From Candidatus Omnitrophota bacterium (GTDB lineage Bacteria > Omnitrophota > Gorgyraeia > Gygaellales > JAQTUX01), in NCBI GenBank assembly GCA_028707125.1, contig JAQTUX010000001.1, positions 269,639 to 333,638 on the forward strand: a stretch of 64,000 nucleotides of DNA, read 5' to 3'. Shown piece by piece: positions 54,154 to 62,890 of the stretch. Position 1 is the stretch's first letter. Every line of letters starts with the position of its first letter. Below the pieces are notes generated by a model, which was not told the origin of the DNA, ran no database searches, and was given only the letters and a program-made list of their open reading frames with translations. The position numbers and the translations under genes are program-made.

Positions 54154-55731
54154 ATGAATAAGGTACCCTATACAAAATCAATGTTCATCAAAGACATGCT
54201 TTTAAGCCGGAGAAAGCTGGCGGTTTATATCCATATACCGTTTTGCCGGCGCAAATGCGCGTATTGTTATTTCTTTTCGCGCGCCGGATCAACCCTGTCC
54301 GAACGAGACAGCTATATCCGAAAGGTATGCGATGAGCTGCGCATTTACAGCGAGGTATTCCGGAGGCGGCGCGACAGCATAGCGGCGGTGTACATAGGGG
54401 GCGGCAGTCCTTCTTTGCTTAATAAGAGGCAATTGAGATCCCTGTTGTCCTGCATAGATGAGGTTATAAGGCCGGCAGAATTCCCTTCCGTTAAACAGCT
54501 CACTGTGGAGGTGAACCCCGAGATGTTCGCGCGGCGGGAATGTGAGGAAAAACTGGCTATAATGAAGTCGTATTCGGTCAACCGCCTTAGTTTTGGCGTC
54601 CAGGCCTTTAACAATGCCGTGCTCAGAAAGAATGGGTGCATTCACCGCCTGTCGCATATATACAATGCGGTCAATAAGGCAACGCTTAACGGATTCAGTT
54701 ACAATATTGACCTGATGTTCGGCCTGCCGGGAAGCGATTTTGGGTCGTGCATTGATACCATATTTTCCGCGATAGGCATACTGCCGCCCCATATTCAGCT
54801 CAACGCCCCCATTCATTACGTGCGCGGCAACAGGCCGTCCGGCCGCGTGCTTAGCCCCGTAGCGCAGGGCCTGCTGGCCATGATCGCCAGGATACTGTTG
54901 TTGAAGCTGCGTTATGGCCATAGCCCGTACCGTTATTTAACAGAGCTTTCGTTAAAGCGCGATGACCTGAATGTATTTTCGCATCTCCAATGGACGGGGT
55001 CTTCAGACGTGATAGGGATCGGTTCTTCCGCGCGGTCAGTGTATATTAAACGCAATATTATCGCGCGGAATACGGCCGATACCCGCAAGTATTGCATGAG
55101 CGATAGGGAATTTACTTTTGACAAGGCGAACTTCAATTATAAGCGGCTGCTGAAGCAGGGAGTTATAGAAGAATTCTTTAAGGAGAGATTGATAAAACCG
55201 CCCCTGCCCCTGCGCCGTTGCGGCAAGGTTATTATACGCAAAAAGAGCGCGGCCTATGTTCTGGCAGTTTTAAAAGGCATAGAAAGCGAGGTCAACGGCT
55301 TAAGTGACGCGGCATTTTTCCATTACCGTCAGGCCATGGATATTATACCCGGTAATTCTCTCGCGTACTTTTGTATGGCTGACCTGTTCCTGCTCGAAGG
55401 CAGGCCCGGCCCGGCCCTGGAATATATCAGCGGCTTTCCCCTGAATAATAACAGCGCGCGGATGCTTTCAATCCTGTTCTTGCTGGCGAAGAATGCCGGA
55501 GAGGAAAGATGCGTAAGGATACTGGCAAAGAAACTAAAGGATGACGGGGTGGAAATTAACGGGCTGGATATAAGGCATTATCACTATGCAGGCCTTCGCC
55601 CTCCGATAAAGCGCATGCGCCGGCTATTTAAGGAGTGCAGAGCGCTGGCGCGGATGTGCGGGATGACATTAGATTTTAAAGATCCCCTTAAAAGGGAGCA
55701 TGAGGGATTAAAACTTATTAAATCATTATGA
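54154..55731 (+). CDS. HemN/HemW-like radical-SAM protein (class C methylase-like fold) with C-terminal helical/TPR-like extension
   Basis: LAVYIHIPFCRRKCAYCYFFS, VYIGGGSPSLL, RLSFGVQAFN. C-terminal ~170 aa are helical (AAFFHYRQAMDIIPGNSLAYFCMADLFLLEGRPGPALEY). Confidence 0.8.
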   Translation: MNKVPYTKSMFIKDMLLSRRKLAVYIHIPFCRRKCAYCYFFSRAGSTLSERDSYIRKVCDELRIYSEVFRRRRDSIAAVYIGGGSPSLLNKRQLRSLLSCIDEVIRPAEFPSVKQLTVEVNPEMFARRECEEKLAIMKSYSVNRLSFGVQAFNNAVLRKNGCIHRLSHIYNAVNKATLNGFSYNIDLMFGLPGSDFGSCIDTIFSAIGILPPHIQLNAPIHYVRGNRPSGRVLSPVAQGLLAMIARILLLKLRYGHSPYRYLTELSLKRDDLNVFSHLQWTGSSDVIGIGSSARSVYIKRNIIARNTADTRKYCMSDREFTFDKANFNYKRLLKQGVIEEFFKERLIKPPLPLRRCGKVIIRKKSAAYVLAVLKGIESEVNGLSDAAFFHYRQAMDIIPGNSLAYFCMADLFLLEGRPGPALEYISGFPLNNNSARMLSILFLLAKNAGEERCVRILAKKLKDDGVEINGLDIRHYHYAGLRPPIKRMRRLFKECRALARMCGMTLDFKDPLKREHEGLKLIKSL

Positions 55732-57464
55732 GGGCCAATTCAAATAACCTGATACTTGCCTCCGCGCTGATATTGGTCGTTATCGTCCGTTTTCAAGGTT
55801 TGGGCAGCGGGCTTCCTTTTCAGTTTGTCAGGGGCGAACCCATAGGCTTTACGGCAGCGCGCGTGCGGGGGCTGGATATAAAGTCAATGCGGGGCCGGTA
55901 TCCCAATTTCCTGCCGATAAGCATAAAGATCGCCGAAGGCGTATTGAGCTATCTAAAGCTGGATAAGCCGATCCTCGCCGCTTATGGACTTTCGCCCCGG
56001 GAAGAAAAAACGTCATTTTTCCTTTCTCAGATAATCTGCCGTTTTTATTCGGCTTTGTTCGGGATAATGGGGATCATCGCTGTATTTCTATTTTCTAAAC
56101 GGTATTTGTCATACACCGTGGGGCTCATTGCCGCGTTTCTGCTTTGCGTTCACCCGCTCCACTTTTTTTACTCCCATTTTGACACGCCCCATATCACGCA
56201 GTCATTTTTTATAATCCTGACCGCCTTTGCCGGATATAACGCGCTGCGAAGAATGAGTGTTGTTAACTTTCTGGCACTCGGCCTGGTTTCCGGCCTGACG
56301 GCTTCAACGCTGCAAAACGGCCTTCTGACATTACCCTTTTTCTGCTGGTTGTTTTTTTATTCTCAGAAGGGCAGGGCCTTTTCCGGGAAGGATTGGCGCC
56401 TTCTTTTTGCAGCGCTGGCGGCCTTCGGCTTATGCGCCCGCATGGTGGGTTATTCATCCGCGTCCACAGGGGGAGATTCGCTTCGTTTCGGTTTTCTCAC
56501 GAGCCCGGATATGCCGGCAATCGTCTTGAATAACGCGCACGAGATATTTTTAAGGGAGTTTGGATTCAAAGGGTTCCGGTTTATGGGATACATCTTGATG
56601 CGCACAAGCCCGGTTATGCTGCTGTTCGCCGTTTTCGGCGGCGTTATGATATTGCTTGACAAAAAAAGGCTTAAGTCGTATCTGCCTTTATTTGTGCTTT
56701 ATGGTCTGTTCATATTCGCTCACGGGACATATAATATGACCACAGAGCGTTATTTTACCGAACCGCTGCCGCTTATGGCGTTGTTGGCGGCGGAGACGGT
56801 CATATTTTTAAAAGAGCGGATAGTCCAGCGTTTCCCCATGAGGCGCGGATGGCTGGCGGCGTCTGTGCTGGTGGTTTTTATCGCTGCCCCCATGTGCCTT
56901 AGGGATGCCGGCATAAATAATTTCCTGAAAAGCAAGAGCACATATACGTTGCTATACGAATGGATGGTGGATCAACGACGGTCATTCGAAGGCAAAAGGG
57001 TGCTTTTTCTGACGAATGTCGGCATGCAGAATGAATCCCTGTTCTTTAAGGCGGCAGACATTATTTTTACCCACAGTAATGTATTTTCCGGAGACAGGCA
57101 AGGTCTGCTTAAGGCGGCTGCCGGGCAAAAGATAGATTATATTATTACTTCAGAATCGTCGTGTTCCTTGCAGCTGCGTGAGGGGGCCTTTCAGCTTCTG
57201 CCGGAGTTTCCTGGATTCGCCAAAATGATAAAGACATTTAACCCCTTAAGGAAGGCGCCTGTTTCAGCCGTGCCCATTCTTGAGGAATGCAGGCAGCTCG
57301 CCTATGAGGAGCGGCTTTACGGCGTGACATTGAAGCAGGATTATTTGTGCTCGGCGATGTTTTTTAGCGCCCTGAGCTATAATATGCACCTGTATTACAG
57401 GCACGCGGAGCGCCCCGGGCCGATGCTTGCCGTGTACAGGGTAACAGCGGAAGATAATGATTAA
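55728..57464 (+). CDS. Polytopic membrane protein, possible GT-C (ArnT/PMT-like) glycosyltransferase
   Basis: ~11 hydrophobic segments followed by a ~200-aa soluble C-terminal domain. The N-terminal loop IVRFQGLGSGLPFQFVRGEPIGF loosely resembles the first-loop acidic motif of GT39/GT83 enzymes. Weak call. Confidence 0.35.
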   Translation: MRANSNNLILASALILVVIVRFQGLGSGLPFQFVRGEPIGFTAARVRGLDIKSMRGRYPNFLPISIKIAEGVLSYLKLDKPILAAYGLSPREEKTSFFLSQIICRFYSALFGIMGIIAVFLFSKRYLSYTVGLIAAFLLCVHPLHFFYSHFDTPHITQSFFIILTAFAGYNALRRMSVVNFLALGLVSGLTASTLQNGLLTLPFFCWLFFYSQKGRAFSGKDWRLLFAALAAFGLCARMVGYSSASTGGDSLRFGFLTSPDMPAIVLNNAHEIFLREFGFKGFRFMGYILMRTSPVMLLFAVFGGVMILLDKKRLKSYLPLFVLYGLFIFAHGTYNMTTERYFTEPLPLMALLAAETVIFLKERIVQRFPMRRGWLAASVLVVFIAAPMCLRDAGINNFLKSKSTYTLLYEWMVDQRRSFEGKRVLFLTNVGMQNESLFFKAADIIFTHSNVFSGDRQGLLKAAAGQKIDYIITSESSCSLQLREGAFQLLPEFPGFAKMIKTFNPLRKAPVSAVPILEECRQLAYEERLYGVTLKQDYLCSAMFFSALSYNMHLYYRHAERPGPMLAVYRVTAEDND

Positions 57465-58497
57465 GATCACAGCGCCGTTTAACAGCAGGGATGAAGTGAA
57501 GATAATGGCCGGATACGGGGCGGATGAGCTTTACTGCGGCTATCTTGCGCCTGAGTGGGCCAGGCATTATTCAAACCTTGAATTTGAAAGAAAAGGGGGG
57601 GTGGAAAGCAATTTTACGGATTTGGACGAACTTAATAAATCGGTTGAGCTGGCGCACCGCTATAATATCCCTGTTTTTCTCGCCTTGAACGGGCTTTACG
57701 TAAGACATCAATATCCGCTCCTTTTGAAGATTATCGATAAACTCAGGCAGATTGATTTTGACGCCTTTATAGTCGCGGATATGGGCCTGATATTAACGCT
57801 GGTTGAGCGCGATATCGGCAAAAAGCTCCACATATCCACGGGAGGCACGGTATTCAATACGGACGCGGTGGGTTTCTACCGCAGGTTCTCTCCGGAGCGC
57901 GTCATTTTAGACCGTCAGCTTACAATCCGGCAGATCAGCGGACTGGTCAAGAGAAACCCGGGCGTGGATTTTGAGGCCTTCATTTTCAGTACGATCTGCG
58001 TTCACATAGACGGGTTTTGTACATTTATGCATTCATACGGCGCAAACAGGGAAGAAAGTATCGCGCACTGCTCAGGGCTGGATCCAAAGCTGTATTTCGC
58101 CACAACATACGATCCCGAGGCTTTTGAGGATGCCTGCTCTTTGCGCTACGCCGTTAAAGTTTATGAACAAGGTAGGGCGGCCAGCCGCAAAAATAATGTA
58201 ATGCCCGCTTTTTATAAACGTCAGATGGACGGTATGGCCTGCGGGATATGCGCGATGTACGACCTGAATAAGGCGGGGGTAAGGGCGGTCAAGGTGGTGG
58301 GAAGGCAGGTTGGCCGTATAAGACGGTTGAAGAGCGTGGAATTCGTCGCGCGGGCGCGCGCCTTATTGGATGCGGATCCCGCTATTAAACGGAAAGAATT
58401 TATTCGGCGCTGTAAAGATATGTATCGCGAAGTTTGGGAATATAAAGGCCGGTGCAAAGGGAACAACTGCTATCATCCTTCTTTTGCGCGCGATTAA
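57457..58497 (+). CDS. Peptidase-U32-family protein (UbiU/TrhP/RlhA-like)
   Basis: ITAPFNSRDEVKIMAGYGADELYCGY, LDELNKSVELAHRYNIPVFLALNG, FDAFIVADMGL, and Cys cluster candidates CVHIDGFCTF...HCSG...MACGICAMY. Confidence 0.7.
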   Translation: MIKITAPFNSRDEVKIMAGYGADELYCGYLAPEWARHYSNLEFERKGGVESNFTDLDELNKSVELAHRYNIPVFLALNGLYVRHQYPLLLKIIDKLRQIDFDAFIVADMGLILTLVERDIGKKLHISTGGTVFNTDAVGFYRRFSPERVILDRQLTIRQISGLVKRNPGVDFEAFIFSTICVHIDGFCTFMHSYGANREESIAHCSGLDPKLYFATTYDPEAFEDACSLRYAVKVYEQGRAASRKNNVMPAFYKRQMDGMACGICAMYDLNKAGVRAVKVVGRQVGRIRRLKSVEFVARARALLDADPAIKRKEFIRRCKDMYREVWEYKGRCKGNNCYHPSFARD

Positions 58498-58515
58498 AAC
58501 AAAGGGAACATCCGG

Positions 58516-59382
58516 ATGGAAAAAGCGGTTTATATAGCGGATAAAAGGCGGCTGAAGAGTTTGAAGAAGGGCGCGGCCACAAGGATCTATTTCGGGGCTG
58601 AGTTCTGCGAGCGGCTTATCCCTTCCATTGGGGAGTGCAGGGAGGTTATTTCCCGGGCGCGCGATAAAGGCATGGATTTCTCGCTGGTCACTCCTTATGT
58701 GACCGACACAGGTATCAGCCGCCTAAGGTGTTTATTCGATCTTATGTCCTGCCTGGATGTGCCCGTTGAGGTGATAGTGAATGATTGGGGTGTTTTGGGC
58801 CGGTTGCGTAATGAATATACCGGACTTGTGCCTGTTCTGGGGCGTCTTTTGACCAAGCAGAAGAGGGGGCCGCGCATAAGGCGGCTGCTGGAAAGGCGCC
58901 TTCCTTCAAAGATCATCCGGCCGAAAGAGCCGTCGCGGCAGGGCGCAATGATTATTGTCGCCGAGAAACTTCCTCCGGATACCGATTTTTATTACCGCGG
59001 TTCCAGTGTCACGAGCGTGCCCGTAATCCATAAATTTCTTAAAGAAAATAACGTATACAGGATCGAGATTGATAACCTTCTGCAGGGTATTTATCTGGAG
59101 ATGGAGAATTCAGGCATTTCGGTGTCCGTCTATACGCCCTACGCGTATATATCGACTACGATGTTCTGCCCTACTGTCGGCTGCGAACGGAAGAAAAAGC
59201 CGTTTTTAAGGGTGCGCCCCTGCGTGAAAGAATGCCGCAGGTACACATTCCGCCTGAGGCATAAAAGCATGCCGGAAGATATCATTTTAAAAGGGAACAC
59301 GCAATTTTACAAAAACGGCCTCGGCTCGATCAGAAAATTAGAGCAGGCAGGTATAGATCGTATAGTGTATCAGCAATTGTAA
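58516..59382 (+). CDS. Second, shorter U32-like protein (UbiV-like partner candidate)
   Basis: GAATRIYFGAEFCERLIP, ARDKGMDFSLVTPYVTD, VEVIVNDWGVL, C-terminal Cys MFCPTVGCE...RPCVKEC. 288 aa, directly downstream of the 346-aa U32 gene. Confidence 0.5.
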   Translation: MEKAVYIADKRRLKSLKKGAATRIYFGAEFCERLIPSIGECREVISRARDKGMDFSLVTPYVTDTGISRLRCLFDLMSCLDVPVEVIVNDWGVLGRLRNEYTGLVPVLGRLLTKQKRGPRIRRLLERRLPSKIIRPKEPSRQGAMIIVAEKLPPDTDFYYRGSSVTSVPVIHKFLKENNVYRIEIDNLLQGIYLEMENSGISVSVYTPYAYISTTMFCPTVGCERKKKPFLRVRPCVKECRRYTFRLRHKSMPEDIILKGNTQFYKNGLGSIRKLEQAGIDRIVYQQL

Positions 59383-59397
59383 TTTAAGGGTGGGGTT

Positions 59398-60798
59398 GTG
59401 ATCGTGACACGGATCAAACATAAGTTTTTCCTGATGTTCGGTGCTGTTTTAGTTTTCCTGCTCATGCTTGAGGTCGTATTTCGCATAGCGGGATTCATTC
59501 TGCTGTCGTTTCAGGAGAGGGATAACCCGGTTTTGCTGGATAAACAGGAGGAGCTCCGTATTGTGTGCCTGGGAGAGTCCACCACCGCCTTCGGCGGCAG
59601 GGATTCTTATCCTTATCAATTGCAGGAGGTCCTGAGCGCCAGGATCCCCGGGGTTAAATTCAAGGTCATCAACAAAGGCGTTGCCGGAGTTGATACGGCG
59701 TTTTTCCTTTCCAAACTTGATGAGAATTTGGCCAGATATAAGCCCGATATGGTCATTACGATGTTGGGGACCAACCAGAATGATAATTCAATGAAATTTG
59801 AGGAAACACTGAGATTCAGGATAAAGCTGCTGGTGTATGAAATCAAGGTCTATAAGATGGTACGCCTGCTTTTTGACAGGATGAGGGTTAAATCCCGCAA
59901 CCGCATCTACGATAGAATGTATATGCCGCCGAATGAGGCGGGCGCCGGAGTGGCCCCTGATAGCGACCGCGCATACACGGAGATGGGGTTTATGGAGAAA
60001 GAGCAGGGCCGCCGCATCAGGGCGCTGGGACATTTCAAAAAGGCGATCCGGATGAATCCTTCAAACAGCTGGGCGCGTGTCGGCCTGGCCATGGTTTATA
60101 AAGAGATGGGCAGATTGGATGAGGCAATAGGCGCGCTCAGGGCCGCTATAGAAATAAACCCTTTGAGCGAGGCAGGCAACAGGGAGCTGGCGTGGTGCCT
60201 AAAGAAACAAAAGAGGTATGATGAGGCGGGATCCATATATCAAAAGATCATTAAGGATATAAAACCGCAAAACGGCTTCCTGTATATGGAGGCGGGATTA
60301 TTTTATAAAGAGATGGGCAGGTACCCGGAGGCGATTTCCGCCTTTGAGCGCGGTTTTGAGCTTAACCCTGAGACGGAAAACTTCTACGGCGACCTCGCCT
60401 TTTGTTATGAGCAGGCCGGCAAAGACGACCTGGCAAAGAGGTGCTATAGTAAATTTAATAAGTCGCTTTACACAACTTATAACCCCGCCACGATCTACAA
60501 TTACAGGCAATTGCGTGACAGGATCCTGGCAAAAGGTATTTTGCTGGTTTGTATGCAATATCCGGTGCGTCCCGTGGAGCCGTTAAGGCGCATCCTTGAG
60601 GGGCGTGAAGTGGTCATCTTCGTTGATAACGAGCGGGTCTTCAAGATGGCGGTAGCCAGGGACGGCTATGAGGAGTATTTTTATGATAATTTCCGCGGCG
60701 ATTTCGGCCATTGTACCCGCAAGGGCAACCGGCTGCTTGCCGAAAACCTTGCCGGTGTGCTGGAAAGGGAATGTTTCCGGGAAAGGACGAAGATATGA
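59398..60798 (+). CDS. Membrane-anchored SGNH-TPR paralog 4 (GES variant, GTG start)
   Basis: Anchor FFLMFGAVLVFLLMLEVVF. RIVCLGESTTAFGG, MVITMLGTNQND, RGDFGHCTRKGNRLLA. Clear TPR repeats in the insert (AYTEMGFMEKEQGRRIRALGHFKKAIRMNPSNSWARVGLAMVYKEMGRLDEAIGALRAAIEINP). Confidence 0.7.
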   Translation: MIVTRIKHKFFLMFGAVLVFLLMLEVVFRIAGFILLSFQERDNPVLLDKQEELRIVCLGESTTAFGGRDSYPYQLQEVLSARIPGVKFKVINKGVAGVDTAFFLSKLDENLARYKPDMVITMLGTNQNDNSMKFEETLRFRIKLLVYEIKVYKMVRLLFDRMRVKSRNRIYDRMYMPPNEAGAGVAPDSDRAYTEMGFMEKEQGRRIRALGHFKKAIRMNPSNSWARVGLAMVYKEMGRLDEAIGALRAAIEINPLSEAGNRELAWCLKKQKRYDEAGSIYQKIIKDIKPQNGFLYMEAGLFYKEMGRYPEAISAFERGFELNPETENFYGDLAFCYEQAGKDDLAKRCYSKFNKSLYTTYNPATIYNYRQLRDRILAKGILLVCMQYPVRPVEPLRRILEGREVVIFVDNERVFKMAVARDGYEEYFYDNFRGDFGHCTRKGNRLLAENLAGVLERECFRERTKI

Positions 60799-61784
60799 AT
60801 GTCGGATTGACGAACAGGTGTAATTTCAACTGTCCGTTTTGTTTTGCCAGGGACGCCATGTCCATCAGCAGGGCGATGAAGCAAGACAATGAGATCAGCA
60901 TGGACAGTATAAACAAGGTAATAAGATTCCTTAAAAAGTCGGGGCAGGATACCTTTAATATGATAGGCGGCGAGCCCACGCTGCATTCCAGGTTCAGGGA
61001 TATTTACGAGAAGATCGAGAATGAAGGCCTTGCCGTGTCGGTTTTTTCCAATGGCCTGATGCGCGAGGGCATAGCAGAGTTCCTCAGAGAAAGAAAAGGC
61101 CTCAGATGCGTCCTCATTAATATCCTTGAGCCGAGGCATTACACCAAGGAATTATGGGGCACGCTCAACAGGGCCCTGTCTGTGCTCAAGGATAAGGCCG
61201 TCCTGAGTTTCAGGATATACGAAACGGCCTTCAGGATCGATTTTCTCATTCCTTTGATCGACCGCTACGGCCTTTGCAGGGCAGTGAACCTGGCGCCGGC
61301 CTGCCCCAGCCTGAAAAGAAAAAACGTGTTTTTGCAAATAGAAGACCATAAACGGGTTTCCGCGAAGCTTCTGCGTTATTCATACAGGTTCCGGCAGCAC
61401 CGGATAAAGTGGTATTCCGATAACGGATTTATATATTGCGCCTTTACGCGTGAGCAGCTTAAGGGGCTGTACGCAAACACAGGGTTTATCCCGGCTTGCG
61501 TATGCCGCGCGCCCGTAGAGGTGGCGCCGAATCTTACGGTATTCAGGTGTTTCGGCATGGCGGAAAAATCCGACAGGGATATGAAGCTGACAGATTTCAG
61601 CGACCTGGCTTCGCTTGAGTGGTTTTTTGATAAAAAAACCTTTGTCTTGAAACGCGCCGGATTAAAGGACGAATGTCTCTACTGCGGCGATATGGAAAAG
61701 GGCAATTGCGACGGCGGCTGCGCGGTGCATATTATCAGAAGATTTCCGGGTTATAAGACGGCATCGGCACTGTATAAACAATGA
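60795..61784 (+). CDS. Radical-SAM protein with C-terminal Cys-rich (SPASM-like) region, subfamily D member 1
   Basis: The ATG at 60795 (ATGA overlap) gives MNVGLTNRCNFNCPFCFA and is preferred to the track start at 60711. IGGEPTLHSRF, NLTVFRCFG, ECLYCGDMEKGNCDGGC. Confidence 0.8.
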   Translation: MNVGLTNRCNFNCPFCFARDAMSISRAMKQDNEISMDSINKVIRFLKKSGQDTFNMIGGEPTLHSRFRDIYEKIENEGLAVSVFSNGLMREGIAEFLRERKGLRCVLINILEPRHYTKELWGTLNRALSVLKDKAVLSFRIYETAFRIDFLIPLIDRYGLCRAVNLAPACPSLKRKNVFLQIEDHKRVSAKLLRYSYRFRQHRIKWYSDNGFIYCAFTREQLKGLYANTGFIPACVCRAPVEVAPNLTVFRCFGMAEKSDRDMKLTDFSDLASLEWFFDKKTFVLKRAGLKDECLYCGDMEKGNCDGGCAVHIIRRFPGYKTASALYKQ

Positions 61785-62890
61785 TCGGGATAAACGTAAA
61801 CATAAACAGTTATTGTGATCTTGATTGTCCATACTGTTTCGGCAAGGAGTATATGCGCAGCAGCGCTCATAGGCTTGCCAGAAGCGAGATGACGTTTAAC
61901 GGATTCAGGAAGGCCGTTGATTTCCTGAGGAGGGCCAGGGTGAATATCTGCAATATAGGCGGAGGCGAGCCCACCCTGCATCCGAGATTCATTCAATTCG
62001 CCGCCTACGCCCTTTCGCAGGGCTGTTTTCCGGTACAGGTTTATACGAACGGCTTATTTTCCGAACGCGTCCGAGGCGCGCTGACAGATATTAAAGATAA
62101 AAGAAGATTATTCTTTCTTTGGAATATCAATCATCCGAAGTCATATTCAAAAGACAACTGGAGGCGGCTCAATGAGAACTTAAGCGTTATCGCCGCTCTG
62201 GGCACCTCCAGTTTCGGGGTAAACTTATATAAGAGACGGCAGGACCTGGATTATGTTTATGAATTAGCGGATAGATATTCGCCTTTGCAGCTGCGTTTAT
62301 GCGTTGCCCATCCGTCCGGTCCCGGGGCGCGCAATCGGTTTGTGGCAACCGGCGAAAGCCCGGCTGTGATAAAGGACGCCATGAAACTGATAAGGGGCCT
62401 GCGGCGTCGAGGGATGAGGGTTATATTTGACTGCGGCATAGTGCCTTGCCTGTTGAGTGATAAGGACCTCGGCTTCCTCACCAGGCACGGCGTTCATTTA
62501 GGCGCCTGCCGCAACCTCGCCGTGATAGGGCCCGATCTGAGCGTCTTTAATTGTTTTCAGAACGACAGCGTTACGGACAGGAGGACTCTTGGAGATTTTT
62601 CTTCTCTTCAGGAGATAGAAAAGCATCTTTCTGAAATAAGGTCGCGATTCGATATGGTCTTTCTTTTCAAGGAATGCCTGCGCTGTCCGATGTCGTGCGA
62701 CCTCGGATGCCTGGCTGAAAGGAAGATGATCGCCGCTGACTATGCCGGCTCCTTGCGGCGTACGCTCAAGAGGAAAGGCGCTGATCCCGGAGCCGGCCCG
62801 GCGATCGGGATGTTCCATTCCGGGCAGGAGAAAGAAGCCGGGGCGTATATTTACGGCAGCTCTTCCAGGGGCATTAAGGCCGGCAGATGA
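61781..62890 (+). CDS. Radical-SAM protein, subfamily D member 2
   Basis: INVNINSYCDLDCPYCFG, GGGEPTLHPRF, DLSVFNCFQ, ECLRCPMSCDLGC. Paralog of the preceding gene. Confidence 0.8.
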   Translation: MIGINVNINSYCDLDCPYCFGKEYMRSSAHRLARSEMTFNGFRKAVDFLRRARVNICNIGGGEPTLHPRFIQFAAYALSQGCFPVQVYTNGLFSERVRGALTDIKDKRRLFFLWNINHPKSYSKDNWRRLNENLSVIAALGTSSFGVNLYKRRQDLDYVYELADRYSPLQLRLCVAHPSGPGARNRFVATGESPAVIKDAMKLIRGLRRRGMRVIFDCGIVPCLLSDKDLGFLTRHGVHLGACRNLAVIGPDLSVFNCFQNDSVTDRRTLGDFSSLQEIEKHLSEIRSRFDMVFLFKECLRCPMSCDLGCLAERKMIAADYAGSLRRTLKRKGADPGAGPAIGMFHSGQEKEAGAYIYGSSSRGIKAGR

